The notes below the pieces were generated by a model. It was not told where the DNA came from. It saw only the letters and a program-made list of their open reading frames with translations, and did not search any database. Position numbers and translations under genes: made by a program. DNA of 64,000 nucleotides, from positions 994,751 through 1,058,750 of the forward strand of contig OZ316898.1 in assembly GCA_973895155.1 (NCBI GenBank), in the 5' to 3' direction. Shown here in pieces: positions 1 to 11,195 of the stretch. How positions within the stretch are numbered: position 1 is the stretch's first letter; every line of letters starts with the position of its first letter. Source of the DNA: Marsupella aquatica (Eukaryota; Plantae; Marchantiophyta).

Positions 1-15
1 TTAGTGTTACCAACA

Positions 16-28
16 TGGTATCAGAGCC
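16..28 (+). promoter_or_regulatory. Primer-binding site complementary to the 3' end of initiator tRNA-Met
   Basis: TGGTATCAGAGCC lies immediately after the LTR-terminal CA; this is the canonical plant copia tRNA-iMet PBS. Confidence 0.93.
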
Positions 29-336
29 ATGCTCTGATTAGTGTCCTCAGATCAGCGACCTCAGGTATCATGCGTGTTCAGGTAGAAAGTTCCCTGACAC
101 TTCGTACCAGCAACATTCTAGATTTACTCGCCGTGTACTCAGGTTGAAAGTTCCCTGACTAACACGAGCACTGCTTAGAACATTCCTTGCTTGATTAGAG
201 CAACTACTGACATTCATAAGATTAGATTTGACTCAATCGACTCATTGCTTTGCTCAGGTTGAAAGGTTCCCTGACACATCACTATTCTGCATTTTTTCCC
301 ATTCTTCTCATTCGTGAATCAATCGTTTTTTTTACC

Positions 337-3300
337 ATGGAACTACTGAGGATATTCTCCAACACCGATAAGCTAGATGGCACCAGTAACCACATGGCCT
401 GGACCATTGTGGTTAAGAACCTTCTGAAAAAGGAAGACGTGTTTCATGAACTCAACTTCAACGCCAAGCCTGACGCCAACGGCAACTTCATAGATGGCGG
501 AGCCCATCTGACCGCCAAGGAGAAACAAAAGAAGAAGGACAAAGCTGTCACCATCCTTGCATCTACAGTGAAGTCCAAATTTCTGTCCACAGTGGACAAG
601 TTCTCCGACGATCCAGCCAAGTGTTGGGAGCATTTTCATCAACGCTTTGGTGGAGATCTACTACAACGCCAGATGTTCCTAATGCAGAAGCTTTAGACTA
701 CACACATGGTCGAGGGGAGCTTTGTGGAACTCTACATCAACCGGATCAACGAGCTGGCCGGACAGCTTTCCAGCATCAACGCCGAAGTGGACGAAACACG
801 TCTCATGCATATCGTGCTACAAGGCCTTCCGCTCAGCTGGAATGCATTTGTTTCTATTTTCAGTGTTGATCTCTCTCGTACTCCTAAACCAAATTTTTCT
901 AACCTTCTTGAACGTTTGCAATCAGATGAATACTGGAGGAAGGCCAAACAGGCTCAGGCTGAGTCTCACGAAGAAGCTATGGCTGTTACACGTTCATTCA
1001 CTCGCAGCCGGGGATGACCTTTTCATCGCCCGGATTCTTATCCACCTCGCAACAACTTCCGCAACCCTCCGCCTCAATCTCAATCTCGGCCCAATCCTGC
1101 TCTCTCAGCTGGATGTGGGCGGCGAATCGGCACCTGCAACTACTGTGGAAAGACTGGTCACTGGGAACCAGAATGTGATCTAAAGAAACTAGATTCTCAA
1201 ATCGCTGATCTTCAACTCAAAGCTGCTGGGATACGCAGGTACCAACCTCAAGCCAACAGTGTTGAGACCCCTCCTGACTACTACGATGGATCTGAGGACA
1301 CCACAGAAGTCTACAACAACAATGAGCACGGTGAGTATTTTGAAGCAAACTACTCTGAGCTTGACACAACTAGCCATAGTCCTAGTGAGTGGATACTCGA
1401 CTCCGGCGCAAGCACTCACGTTACAGGAGACAATTCTGTCTTCCGCACTATCAACGCCGGCTCTCACTCCGAATCAGTGACTACTGCTAGCGGTACTCAG
1501 CTGCCTGTAGCTGGACATGGTACCATTTCTATTGATTGCAATAAAGAGATCAACAAAGTTTTGTACGTGCCTGGTCTTCAACGAAATCTTCTCTCCATTG
1601 GGTCCCTCACCGACGCAGGCCATCTCATTCTTTTCAATTCAAAATCCTGCTTTGTTTTTGACAAGGACAATCCGTCTAACATCTTCCTCAGAGGAGCTCG
1701 CGATCCTTGCAACCGCCTCTACAAACTGCGTCAACCACTGCCGTTAGTTGCTTCACACTCATGTCATTCTGGCTTACTTCAGCAGTCCCCTATTTTTCTC
1801 ACAGAAGTCTCTCACACCGACATTGTCGACCTCTGGCATCGTCGCCTCAATCACGTGAATTACCAGATGGTACATCACATGTCCACGGGGTCCTTAGTCA
1901 CTGGGATACCACCCCTTCCTCGGGTAAAACGGGTTTGTGACACCTGTGTTCTAGGCAAACACCATCGGGACAAAGCTCCCAAATATTCTCGCTCTCGATC
2001 TTCTCGACCTCTGGAACTCATTCACTCTGACCTCTGCGGACCAGTTCATGGGCCCGGTCCCACCAAGTATATTCTCACTCTTATCGATGATTTTTCACTC
2101 TTTACTTGGGTTTACTTCCTCCCTTACAAAAGTGATACGTTCGCAAAATTCAAGGACTTCAAGATTCTTGTTGAAAACCAATTCAACCACAAAGTTGGCT
2201 GTCTTCGCTCAGATCGCGGTGGGGAATACATGTCTACAGAATTTCTATCCTTTTCTAGGCTCCACGGCATTCGACGTCAACTAACCGTCGCTGACTCTCC
2301 ACACCAAAATGGCATTGCAGAATGCAAAAACCGCACCCTACTTGAAGCTGCCCGGACCATACTAATTGATTCTGGTTTTCCACTGTCTCTCTGGACTGAA
2401 AGTATCCGTGCAGCTAATTACATCCAAAATCGATCCAGCACACGCGCCCTTCATCAGACTACTCCATTTCAGGCTCTACATGGCTCCAAGCCCGACCTCA
2501 GCCACCTCCGTGTTCTTGGTTCAACTGCATACGTTCTTATACCGGCCTCTCATCAGACCAAGCTCGGCATCAAAGCCATCCGCACCACCCTTCTCGGCTA
2601 TGACGATCAATCTAAGGCCTATCGTTGTTTTGATGCTACACGCCAACGCATTCTCATATCCAAAGATGTTACATTCGACGAGAATATCATGGGCATTCAC
2701 GTCACCAATCCTACTGTCGCCCAACTACTATTTCAATCTCTCCTCACTAATGATATTCCTACAGCTTCGATCGCTCCGGCAATTCTTGCTCCCGTTCTTG
2801 CTCCAGAGGGGGAACCAGTGCCCGATCAAGCACCTGATCAAGAGCCTCCAGTTCCAGAAGAGGAGCCTGTCTGTGAACCTCTGGAACCAGTATGTGAACC
2901 AATTACGCCTGGGCCACTTGTTATTAATCCTGTCCCACCAACACCTCAACCAGCGCTACGACACTCTCTTCGGACCCGACAACCACCACCTTGGCACAAC
3001 GACTACGAAATGAGCAGCAATCTCGTCGAGGCCACTGGATCCGAATGTGGAAATCTATCTGTCAAAGAGGCTCTCAAACACCCAGGATGGAAGAAGGCCA
3101 TGGAAGATGAAATCAAATCTCTCCTCGACATGGGCACCTGGGAGCTAGTCTACCTCCCTGCTGGATGACGCGCCCTCACAGCAAAATGGGTCTTTCGTGT
3201 CAAGCCCAACTCAACCAGATTTTGACTGAAAGCTAGGCTCGTTGCACGTGGTTTTGAACAAAAGTTTGGCATCGACTACAATGAAACCTTCGCCCCTGTA

Positions 3301-4656
3301 GTCAAATGGTCCACTCTGCGTGCTGTCATCGCCCTCGCCATAGCCAACGGATGGGAGCTACACCATATGGACGTCATCACTGCTTTCCTCAACGGCACCC
3401 TCACAGAAGAACTCTACATGCAGCAACCTCAAGGTTTTGAGACTCCTGGAAAGGAAACAATGGTCTGCCGCCTACGACGATCACTCTATGGTCTCAAACA
3501 ATCTCCCCGGGCCTGGTACAATGAAATCGACTCTCACCTTCGAGTAACTGGATGGACCCGTAGCACTGCAGATCCGAATCTCTACTTCTATCACTCAGAT
3601 GGGGCGCTCCTTATTCTCATGCTCTATGTTGACGATCTCCTCATCACCGGCAGCGATTCTGGCAAAATTGCTGACATCAAATCCCATCTCCAACACAAGT
3701 ACCAGATGAAGGACCTCGGCTTGGCCCAGAAATATCTTGGCATTGAGTTCCTCCGAACACCTACTGGCCTCATTTTACACCAAGCTACCTACTGCCAGGA
3801 GCTCATCAACGAATTTTCTGTCAACACATCAACGTCAATTCCACTCCCTGAAGGCCACATCCTCACAACTGATACTAACACCCCGCCATTCGACACAAGT
3901 GCTTATTGCCATGCTGTTGGCAAACTTATTTTTTTAACTCATACTCGACCTGACATCTCCTACGCCGTCGGCATCGTCAGCCGCTACATGAGCACTCCAC
4001 AACAACGACACTGGGATTCTGTTCAAAACATTCTCAAGTACCTACACGGCACTTCTGACTATGGGATTACTTTTGTCAATACATCTACGACCTCCCTTCA
4101 AGGATTCACCGACGCTGATTTTCTTGGATGCCCGGAAACTCGTCGCTCCCGTGGTGCTTATCTGATTCAACTAGCGAATGGTCCCATCTCATGGTCCAGC
4201 AAGCTTCAAAGTACCGTCTCTGATAGCACCACTGAGGCAGAATACAAGGCACTTTCCGAAGGGGCTAAGGAAGCTGTCCATATTCGCAGACTACTTGCCG
4301 AACTTGATCCTCACTCCAAACTTACCGTTCCTCTCACTTCTTCAAACTCATCCATTCATCACAATCTCTCCCATGCACACATTCCTACCTCTGCTGACAT
4401 CCACTTACACTGTGACAACCAGGGATCTATCAAGCTCGCCAACAATCCCGTTTTCCATGCACGCACCAAACACATCGAAGGCAAACACCATTTCATCCGC
4501 GAAAGGGTGCTAGAGGGGGAAATCTCATTATCTTACATCAACACAAACGAAAATCCCGCCGACATCTTCACCAAGCCTCTCTCAAAACTCAAGTTTGAGA
4601 AACATCGCGATTTTATTGGAGTGAAATCTATTTCAGGAGCACAGAAACACTCCTGA
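337..4656 (+). pseudogene. Copia gag-pol polyprotein in one reading frame with 4 in-frame stops
   Basis: ATG at 337 (MELLRIFSNTDKLDGTSNHMAW). Motifs: zinc knuckle CNYCGKTGHWEPEC, protease WILDSGAS, integrase HRRLNH..CDTC / IHSDLCGP / RSDRGGEY, RT LYGLKQSPRAW / LYVDDLL, RNase H FTDAD / TEAEY / CDNQ / KHIE / ADIFTK. Stops at 694, 1015, 3166 and about 3223; no frameshift seen. Confidence 0.95.
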
Positions 4657-4670
4657 AAAACACCTTCTTT

Positions 4671-5120
4671 CTACATTCCATATTTCGACAAGAAATACTC
4701 TGCCTCCCGCAATGTACAAAAACTCTGATGACAATTCCCTGAATAACCATTGACCTCCTTACTTGCTTCTGCCCAATTTAGGTAGATTCCTGGCCTACGC
4801 CCGACTGCCACTGCATAATGACAATTCCCTGAATAACCATTGACCTCCTTACTTGCTTCTGCCCAATTTAGGTAGATTCCTGGCCTACGCCCGACTGCCA
4901 CTGCATAATAACGACATCTATACAGCATCGGCATTCTATCAGCCTGACCTTCTTGGGAGACCTGAGCTTCAGAGGGGGCACTCGGCTCATGCACTTCAGC
5001 TCTCCTCAACGACACTAACATTCGGCTCTCCTGCTGCTCACCAATCCGCACCTGAGGATCCTTTCCTCCTCTGTCTTTGGCATTCTGATCAGCTCCTCGA
5101 CATCCTGCAAACGAATCCAT
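4671..5120 (-). CDS. Antisense accessory ORF of the copia element; two tandem RNase H1 N-terminal / caulimovirus viroplasmin (Cauli_VI-like) units
   Basis: 149-aa open frame. YYAVAVGRRPGIYLNWAEASKEVNGYSGNCH(YAVAVG...CH)QSFCTLREAEYFL matches the YAVxxGRxPGIYxxWxExxxxVxGYxG..HKSFxTxxEAxxFL signature of the RNase H1 hybrid-binding domain. The start codon and expression are not established. Confidence 0.8.
   Translation of the reverse strand: MDSFAGCRGADQNAKDRGGKDPQVRIGEQQESRMLVSLRRAEVHEPSAPSEAQVSQEGQADRMPMLYRCRYYAVAVGRRPGIYLNWAEASKEVNGYSGNCHYAVAVGRRPGIYLNWAEASKEVNGYSGNCHQSFCTLREAEYFLSKYGM
4728..4907. repeat. Perfect 90-bp tandem duplication (2 copies)
   Basis: 4728-4817 equals 4818-4907. The unit is 30 codons, so the antisense ORF stays in frame. 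Confidence 0.95.
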
Positions 5121-5310
5121 CGGGAGACTCCCCTACATCCCTTTGACAGCAATTGCAGCAATTGCGCCACCACTTCCAAAACACCACATATACTCACCAC
5201 TAGCACATGACGGAACGACATTCTTGCCTTTCCTTCCTCTCTCTTCTCCTAAGTTATTTTGTGGACATCACCGTCCTCCTTTCTCTCCCCAAAACTTACT
5301 CGAGAGGGGG

Positions 5311-5527
5311 TGTTGTAAAACACTTGCTCGTAAGTCACTTAGGAGATTAAGCTTTTCTCTTAGCTTAACCTGCGCCTCCATTCTTACTTCCGGCTGCTCT
5401 CTTCCCTACTGTCGATCCTAGGTTACTACCTTCCCTCCGTTGATTCCCCTCTCCCTAATTCCTACTTATAGTATAAGTAGGAATCCTGCGCTCAGTCCTA
5501 TGTAGCAATAGATTAGTGTTACCAACA
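5311..5527 (+). repeat. 3' LTR (217 bp) of copia element
   Basis: Starts TGTTG after the PPT and ends CAACA. Its last 15 nt match window positions 1-15. Confidence 0.92.
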
Positions 5528-7447
5528 CCGAGTGACCCAAACTGATCGAGCTCAATTATGGAAACGTGGCCCTCATCTGTTATGGATCCCACATGTGACT
5601 TCTCGTTGGAGTTTCATAACTGCTTCCTGCTTGTTCGGACTCGTGCGCACAGTAATCAGCAAATCTTGCGGTTCTCGCAACACCGCATATTCACTTCACT
5701 GTCTCCATGAACTTTTGCTACTCTAGAGTGCGAGATGTTAACGGATTCAACTAAGCAATGAAGTATATGAATCAACCGAGACTGAATCGCAGGGCAACAC
5801 GAAGTCCTGGCTATCTAAGATGCTCAGTTGCGTGCGCGATTGGAGAACAACAATGATTTGGTTGCAGTGAGAAAACAAGTCACCTTCAGTGTGCGAATCC
5901 CGCCGTCGGTTCGAGGAATCTGCAAACTCTCCTTGAAACATTCCACGTCCATTTGTGGGTGACGTTCAATGCTGGACATAGATTCTGTGGTCATAAGATC
6001 GTCGAGTACTAATTGCACTCTCTAAGCAACCCAAGTGACCCAGGAATGTTCATGACGTGGCGACGTAACGTATGCAAATCGAAGTTCTCTCTTAAAGTTG
6101 ATATTTCCTCGTTTCTATCGATCGTCGATCTCTTCTCAAGCACTCGCTTATGCACAACTACAGTCCTTCACCCTACAGAATGAAGCAGCTACAGTAGTCT
6201 GGCGGGGCAAGCAAGGCTCAATCGATGTGGTTGCAATTTCCTTGACTGTTGACAGAACATGCTGAGCACTCCACTCCAAGAATTTCGAGCTCATGCTAGC
6301 TTTCCTTGTGCGAGACTGCTGCTGCCAGAAGCGGCTTGACGAAACTGCATTCATTCATCTACTCTACGTACACGGCAAGCTCTTCTTTCCTGGCATCAAT
6401 TATATATCACCAACTTAACGATGGACTGGCAACCCCAACTAGACGTGGTCAACAGGTTAAGTACGAATTGCTCCCGATCAAGGGCTGTAGCGGGGTGTCG
6501 CGCCCTTCTCCGGAAGCTTAGTTTGATATACAGCGCTCATGAGCCCACGAGGCGGTATTAATTATTCTTGCACCAAGTTTCTTGTTTCGAACAGAGCCTC
6601 GGGCAACCGGCCGGTGGCCTTTCACTTGATAAGACGATCACTAAGGCGAAATTGGGAAACAAGAAATTTCCAGTCCTTGATCCGGTGATGGTTCCTGATC
6701 CAAGTTCCGAGACGGGCAACTCCTGGGACGGGCATGGTGTGGTAATTCTTACCAGGTTGAACGTACGGGCTGCATGTGCCTTAGCTCTACCTCGGCATCA
6801 ATCATATCTAACATTCGTTTGATTCCCTCTTGTACTCAGTTTTGAGCATAAATTCTGCGATCAATGGAAAAGCAAGACAGATCCGCGTTGAGATCGACGG
6901 ATACTTTGGTCCTCGGAGCGGTCGTTTTTCTTGTTGTGGGAATCCTGCTGTTTTGGATCATTTGAGGGATCAGCTGATTCCTGGACAACATTCTCAACGC
7001 TTCTCACCTACGCCGTGCAAAGTTCTGAGTGTTTCGATCGCTTATCAGAAATCGGTTGTCCGGTGCGTCCTCGATCTCTAACGACTATCCCATCTCCACG
7101 GCGAATAGTTTTGATATTGCGATTGAGATTTATGATACATGCAGTTGAGATTTCCACGTGCAATCTCGCCGTTGAATGTGCAAATCGTGCAGTGGTTGCG
7201 AGAGAGGTTGTATTGGGAAACCCTTAGAGCACAAAACCTAAGAGCATTTCTCACTGTCGATCATCCTGGTATTTCCCACCACAAGTGACAATTAATGTTT
7301 GAGGCTGGTTTCGAAAAATTTCTTGTAGCGAACAGAAAAGTCTGTAGTCGTCTTGTATGCACGGGGATTTGCCCTTGTGACCGAAATCCGTTTCTCATCA
7401 GAACTGCAACATACGCAGCAGGAGTCTAGCTTCTGACGTCGTCGCCT

Positions 7448-7478
7448 AGGGAAGGGAAGGGAAGGGAAGGGAAGGGAA
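7448..7478 (+). repeat. (GGGAA)n microsatellite
   Basis: About 6 copies of GGGAA. Confidence 0.9.
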
Positions 7479-9150
7479 GAGCTTCAATCTAGATCTACTA
7501 GTGTACAGAATCAAGGAAACATGTTGTTCACTCTAGCGGTGGATTGTCTGTCATGGTGTACCCGCTGTCTCGGGAGATTCTACTATCTTTGGCAGACTCT
7601 TCAGTACTATCGGCACCGGCGAATGTTGCGGGACAAGGGAAGAAGGCAGCGCTCTTGAGCAGCACGAGAAGAAGAACAATTCAATCAGGGCCGATAGACA
7701 TACAGAAATAACTCTATTGGAAGAGCAGCGAACATGAATTTTCTTCGCTTTTCCTGTGGTCGGTTGATGGGGCACGATTGGGCAATAATGTCCTTGTTTT
7801 CGCATTCAACTTGCGTTGCAAAACAGATGTAGGGAGTGACTCGAAGTGGATGTATTCAGTTTCCTCTCCCTTAAGTTTGTCATCACAATTGGGACCAGAG
7901 TTTAGTTTCCTTACGGAGTAGTATCTTCCCAAAGGAGATTAAGGTGACAATCAGTTCAGCTTGGGACATAATTATTTTCTTTCTAATTATTCTATGACAA
8001 TTATTCTGTTGCATTATTTATCTTGGTTTGCTGATGATTCTGGGAAAGTGTTACTTGACTCGAACAGTCACATTTTAATTTGCTGAGGATATTGTGAACT
8101 ACATTCATAGATTTTCATCAAGAGGTGAATTCGGTGAAGATATATACCAAGATATATACCAACGCCACTGGCATGGGTTTGTGCTAGTCTGTAATCAAAC
8201 ATAGTAGGAAAATAGGAAGGGAACATCCTTCAATTCATGTGTGCCATTATTGAGTGACAATCTACTGTTTTGTTAACATGAATAATGAGTGACCTTAGTT
8301 GTGACCCCAGACATGGATATAGCATATATCATGTTCTTCTGGAACATGTAGTTTTTTTTTTAGTTTTTTTAGTTTTTGTCTTGTACTGATATGTAATTCA
8401 TATGATTTATTTTATGATGAAAGAAATAGGTACATGTAAAATATATGCCAAAAATAATAATATATGTTAATTAAAAGTGAGTGACACATGGAAAGAAAAA
8501 CACATTGTAACCAAGAAAGTACAAACATACTAAAGAGTTGTGCACATACAGTACAAATTTCACTTGCTTCTAAGTAATGACAATCAACTCAATTAAAACC
8601 ATAAGACCATAAGTTTTGTAAAAAAACACCATGAGGGGAACTTAGTACACCAAATGTGCACATAGTTCAAACTTATTTCTCTCACTCTCATGATAAAAAA
8701 ACATAATTTACTAAGGAGTGGTTGAAAAGTAAAGATTAAACATTTATAAGGGGAGCCAAATACATTCAAAGTACTTTAAGTTCACTAAAATTAAGAGGGG
8801 TCCAAAAGTTAATTCAAAATCAAATTAATACAAATAATTCACCTAGTTAAGGTACATTAAAATAAAAATACTGAACACAAAATCTGAGTAAGACAAAATT
8901 CACAGCTTCATAGTTAGGAGAATGGACCCAGGCATGGACTATCTTATAAATATTGCAAGGAGATATGTACCTAGTGGCATGGACTATCTTATGAATGTTG
9001 CAAGGAGATATGTACCTACCTATTGTACTATCTCCTGGGTATCCACCTAGTTCGTGTAGGCTTTAAAAACAATGTACTACCTATTGTTGATTTCCAGCAC
9101 TTGGCACCACCAAGCAACTGTCCCCTCCAAAGAATATAAACGTGCTCCTT

Positions 9151-9316
9151 CTATTTGCCCGGTGATGGCCCCTTTGTCTACTTTTATTCCACTCGGTGGC
9201 TTCTTCTGCCTTTTGGCCAGCTGGGTCCCCCCATCCATGGGGTTCACGAGGAATAAACATCAAATTTAGATTAATATAAATTAAATAAATAAATAAATAA
9301 ATATATATATATATAT
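9151..9316 (+). mobile_element. Short non-LTR retroposon insertion (truncated LINE 3' end or SINE)
   Basis: 17-bp direct repeat ATATAAACGTGCTCCTT at 9134-9150 and 9317-9333. The insert ends in AATAAA followed by a (TAAA)n(TA)n tail. Confidence 0.65.
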
Positions 9317-10142
9317 ATATAAACGTGCTCCTTGAGTTTCTCACAGTATTTTTTTTGTTTTTTTCTTCTTGTAGTAATGTGTAGGTGATTTAATTTCTTT
9401 TTGTCTATTGCATAGTATTTTGGTTAAAATTGAGGTGAGATAAAATACAAAATTAGAAGTACACCACATGCAAACAAAATATATTTAATTCACATGATGA
9501 CCACTTAAAGTACAAGGCTATGGCCAAAAGGTACTCAGAGTATCTGTATGTTTGGAATTTCTTAAGAGATTGGATGCACAATATTGAATTTTAGAACTAG
9601 TGGGGAAAGAAGAGCTCTAGGATAACAAAGATGAAAACATTAAGAGGGGTCCTAAAATAATTTCAAAATCCAAATGCTACAAATGATACATCTTGTTAAG
9701 ACAAATTTAAATAGAAGTACATACTTGTCAAGCGTTTAAGGTAAAGTATCAATAAGACCCTAAACACTTGACAATATACTGACAGGTGGATTTTCCATAC
9801 AGCAGCATCAAAATAGACCCTTCAAACTGTGCTTCTGAGCTCTTCACCACAAGATGTATCACTAGGTTCTTACTTTGGGCTTTTTTTTGTATTTTAATTT
9901 GCTTCTCTTTGTTTTTTTTCTTTGTCTTCACACTCTTTGTATAAATTTGGTCCTCCATTAGTAAAGTAGCTTACTCTGGAGTGGGGGAACAATGGAAGGA
10001 GCAAGCACTGCAAGCAGCCTAACTTGCTACTCTAGATGGGGGACACAGCAGTCTCGTAAAGATCTCAATGGGGGTCTCTTGAAGTATAAAGATACTCAAT
10101 ATCAAATCACTATGGTACTAAGCATCTTCTAATCTAAATGCT

Positions 10143-10580
10143 CCCCCCCCCCCCAATTTTCCCTTTTTCCCTTTTTCCTTTTTTCCTTTTAGTTTTTCTT
10201 TTTTAGCGCTCCAGCGCCAGGCTTCCCTGGCATGGTGTGGCCAAACAGTCGGCAAGAAGGGGAGGTCCACACCGGCCCCAGCTCAACACGTCCACCTTGT
10301 GATGCCCACAAAAGTCAGGCAAATAATTCCTTCCAGCTTTCCTGTATTCAACACAAGCCCCACAGGCAGCGGCCTAGATCTGTGACCAGCACCATTTACT
10401 TTGAGAGCCGAAGGACATATGAGAGGCTAGCCCTGCATCAGCAACCCCACCCCTTTGCAGTCACATTGGTGGCACCCCTCTGCCTCCCCAACACGTTGCT
10501 CTCTTGGGGACCCTGTGCTGCTTGGCCGACTTTTCAACTGGGGATTTTGAGAGGGCCTTGCTCCCCTCCTCACTCCCCTC
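10143..10580 (-). mobile_element. SINE-like / truncated LINE retroposon with 15-bp TSD
   Basis: TCTAATCTAAATGCT at 10128-10142 and 10581-10595 flanks a GC-richer 438-bp insert. Its minus-strand 3' end is an A-rich (AAAAAGG)n tail plus a G run. Confidence 0.7.
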
Positions 10581-10859
10581 TCTAATCTAAATGCTGACTG
10601 TCATTTGCAATTCTTTTTCTCCTTTCTCATGATCTGTTACAAAATGTCATTACAGCAGGAAGTTTCCCAAACAGTTCAACTTAGATTATGGTGACTTTTG
10701 CCCTAAATATGGACTGTCACTCTCCGTGCAATAATTGTGATAGATAACCCAACAACTCTCCAAGATAACAATCATTCACGCATATATGGACACCCATGCC
10801 CGGTTTGGACTTGTCCGACAAATAGGGGCATTGGGGTCTGACATCCGACAGATGTTGCC

Positions 10860-11195
10860 CCGGTCGATCCCACTCCCAACTCCCTCCCGGCCCTGACCTC
10901 TCCTCGGCCCGGACCTTGCCCCAACCTCTCCCCGGCCCAATCCCTCCACCCGACCCGACCCTCCACCTGGCGCTGACCACTCCCCGCCTCTTCCTACACC
11001 TCCCCGCCCATGACTCCCCCGGCCCCGACCCATCCCCAGACCCGACCCCTCCGGCCCCAACCACTTTTCCCCTACCTGACCCTCCACCCATCCCGACCCT
11101 TTCCCCGGCCCGACCCTTTTTCCCCGGCCGGGAGGGTTCGGGAGAATTCGGGACCGGGCCGGGAGGGTTCGGGAAACATCGGGTCCCAGCCGGGG
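10860..11195. repeat. C-rich/G-rich low-complexity tract (CCCGACCC/CCCGGCCC units)
   Basis: Dense C3-C5 runs on the + strand, switching to GGGAGGGTTCGGGA units near 11130-11175. Confidence 0.8.

Larger units (their letters stand above)
1..5527 (+). mobile_element. Ty1/copia LTR retrotransposon (5' LTR mostly outside window), gag-pol inactivated by stops
   Basis: Bases 1-15 (TTAGTGTTACCAACA) equal the end of the 3' LTR at 5513-5527. PBS TGGTATCAGAGC follows directly. Domain order is gag-PR-IN-RT-RH. PPT GAGAGGGGG at 5302-5310 precedes an LTR bounded by TGTTG...CAACA. Confidence 0.97.

Noticed and set aside
78-275. Leader repeats as hammerhead ribozymes or CRISPR repeats
   Set aside because: GAAA is present but there is no CUGANGA core in the right arrangement. 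Spacing is irregular, the context is eukaryotic and there are no cas genes.
4671-5221. Extra ORF as an env-like gene (SIRE type)
   Set aside because: It is antisense and short, has no clear TM or coiled-coil, and instead has an RNase H1 N-terminal signature. The overlapping 68-aa ORF 5015-5221 has no recognisable motif.
5532-7932. Numerous 60-100-aa ORFs
   Set aside because: No recognisable domains and no consistent exon chain that I could build.
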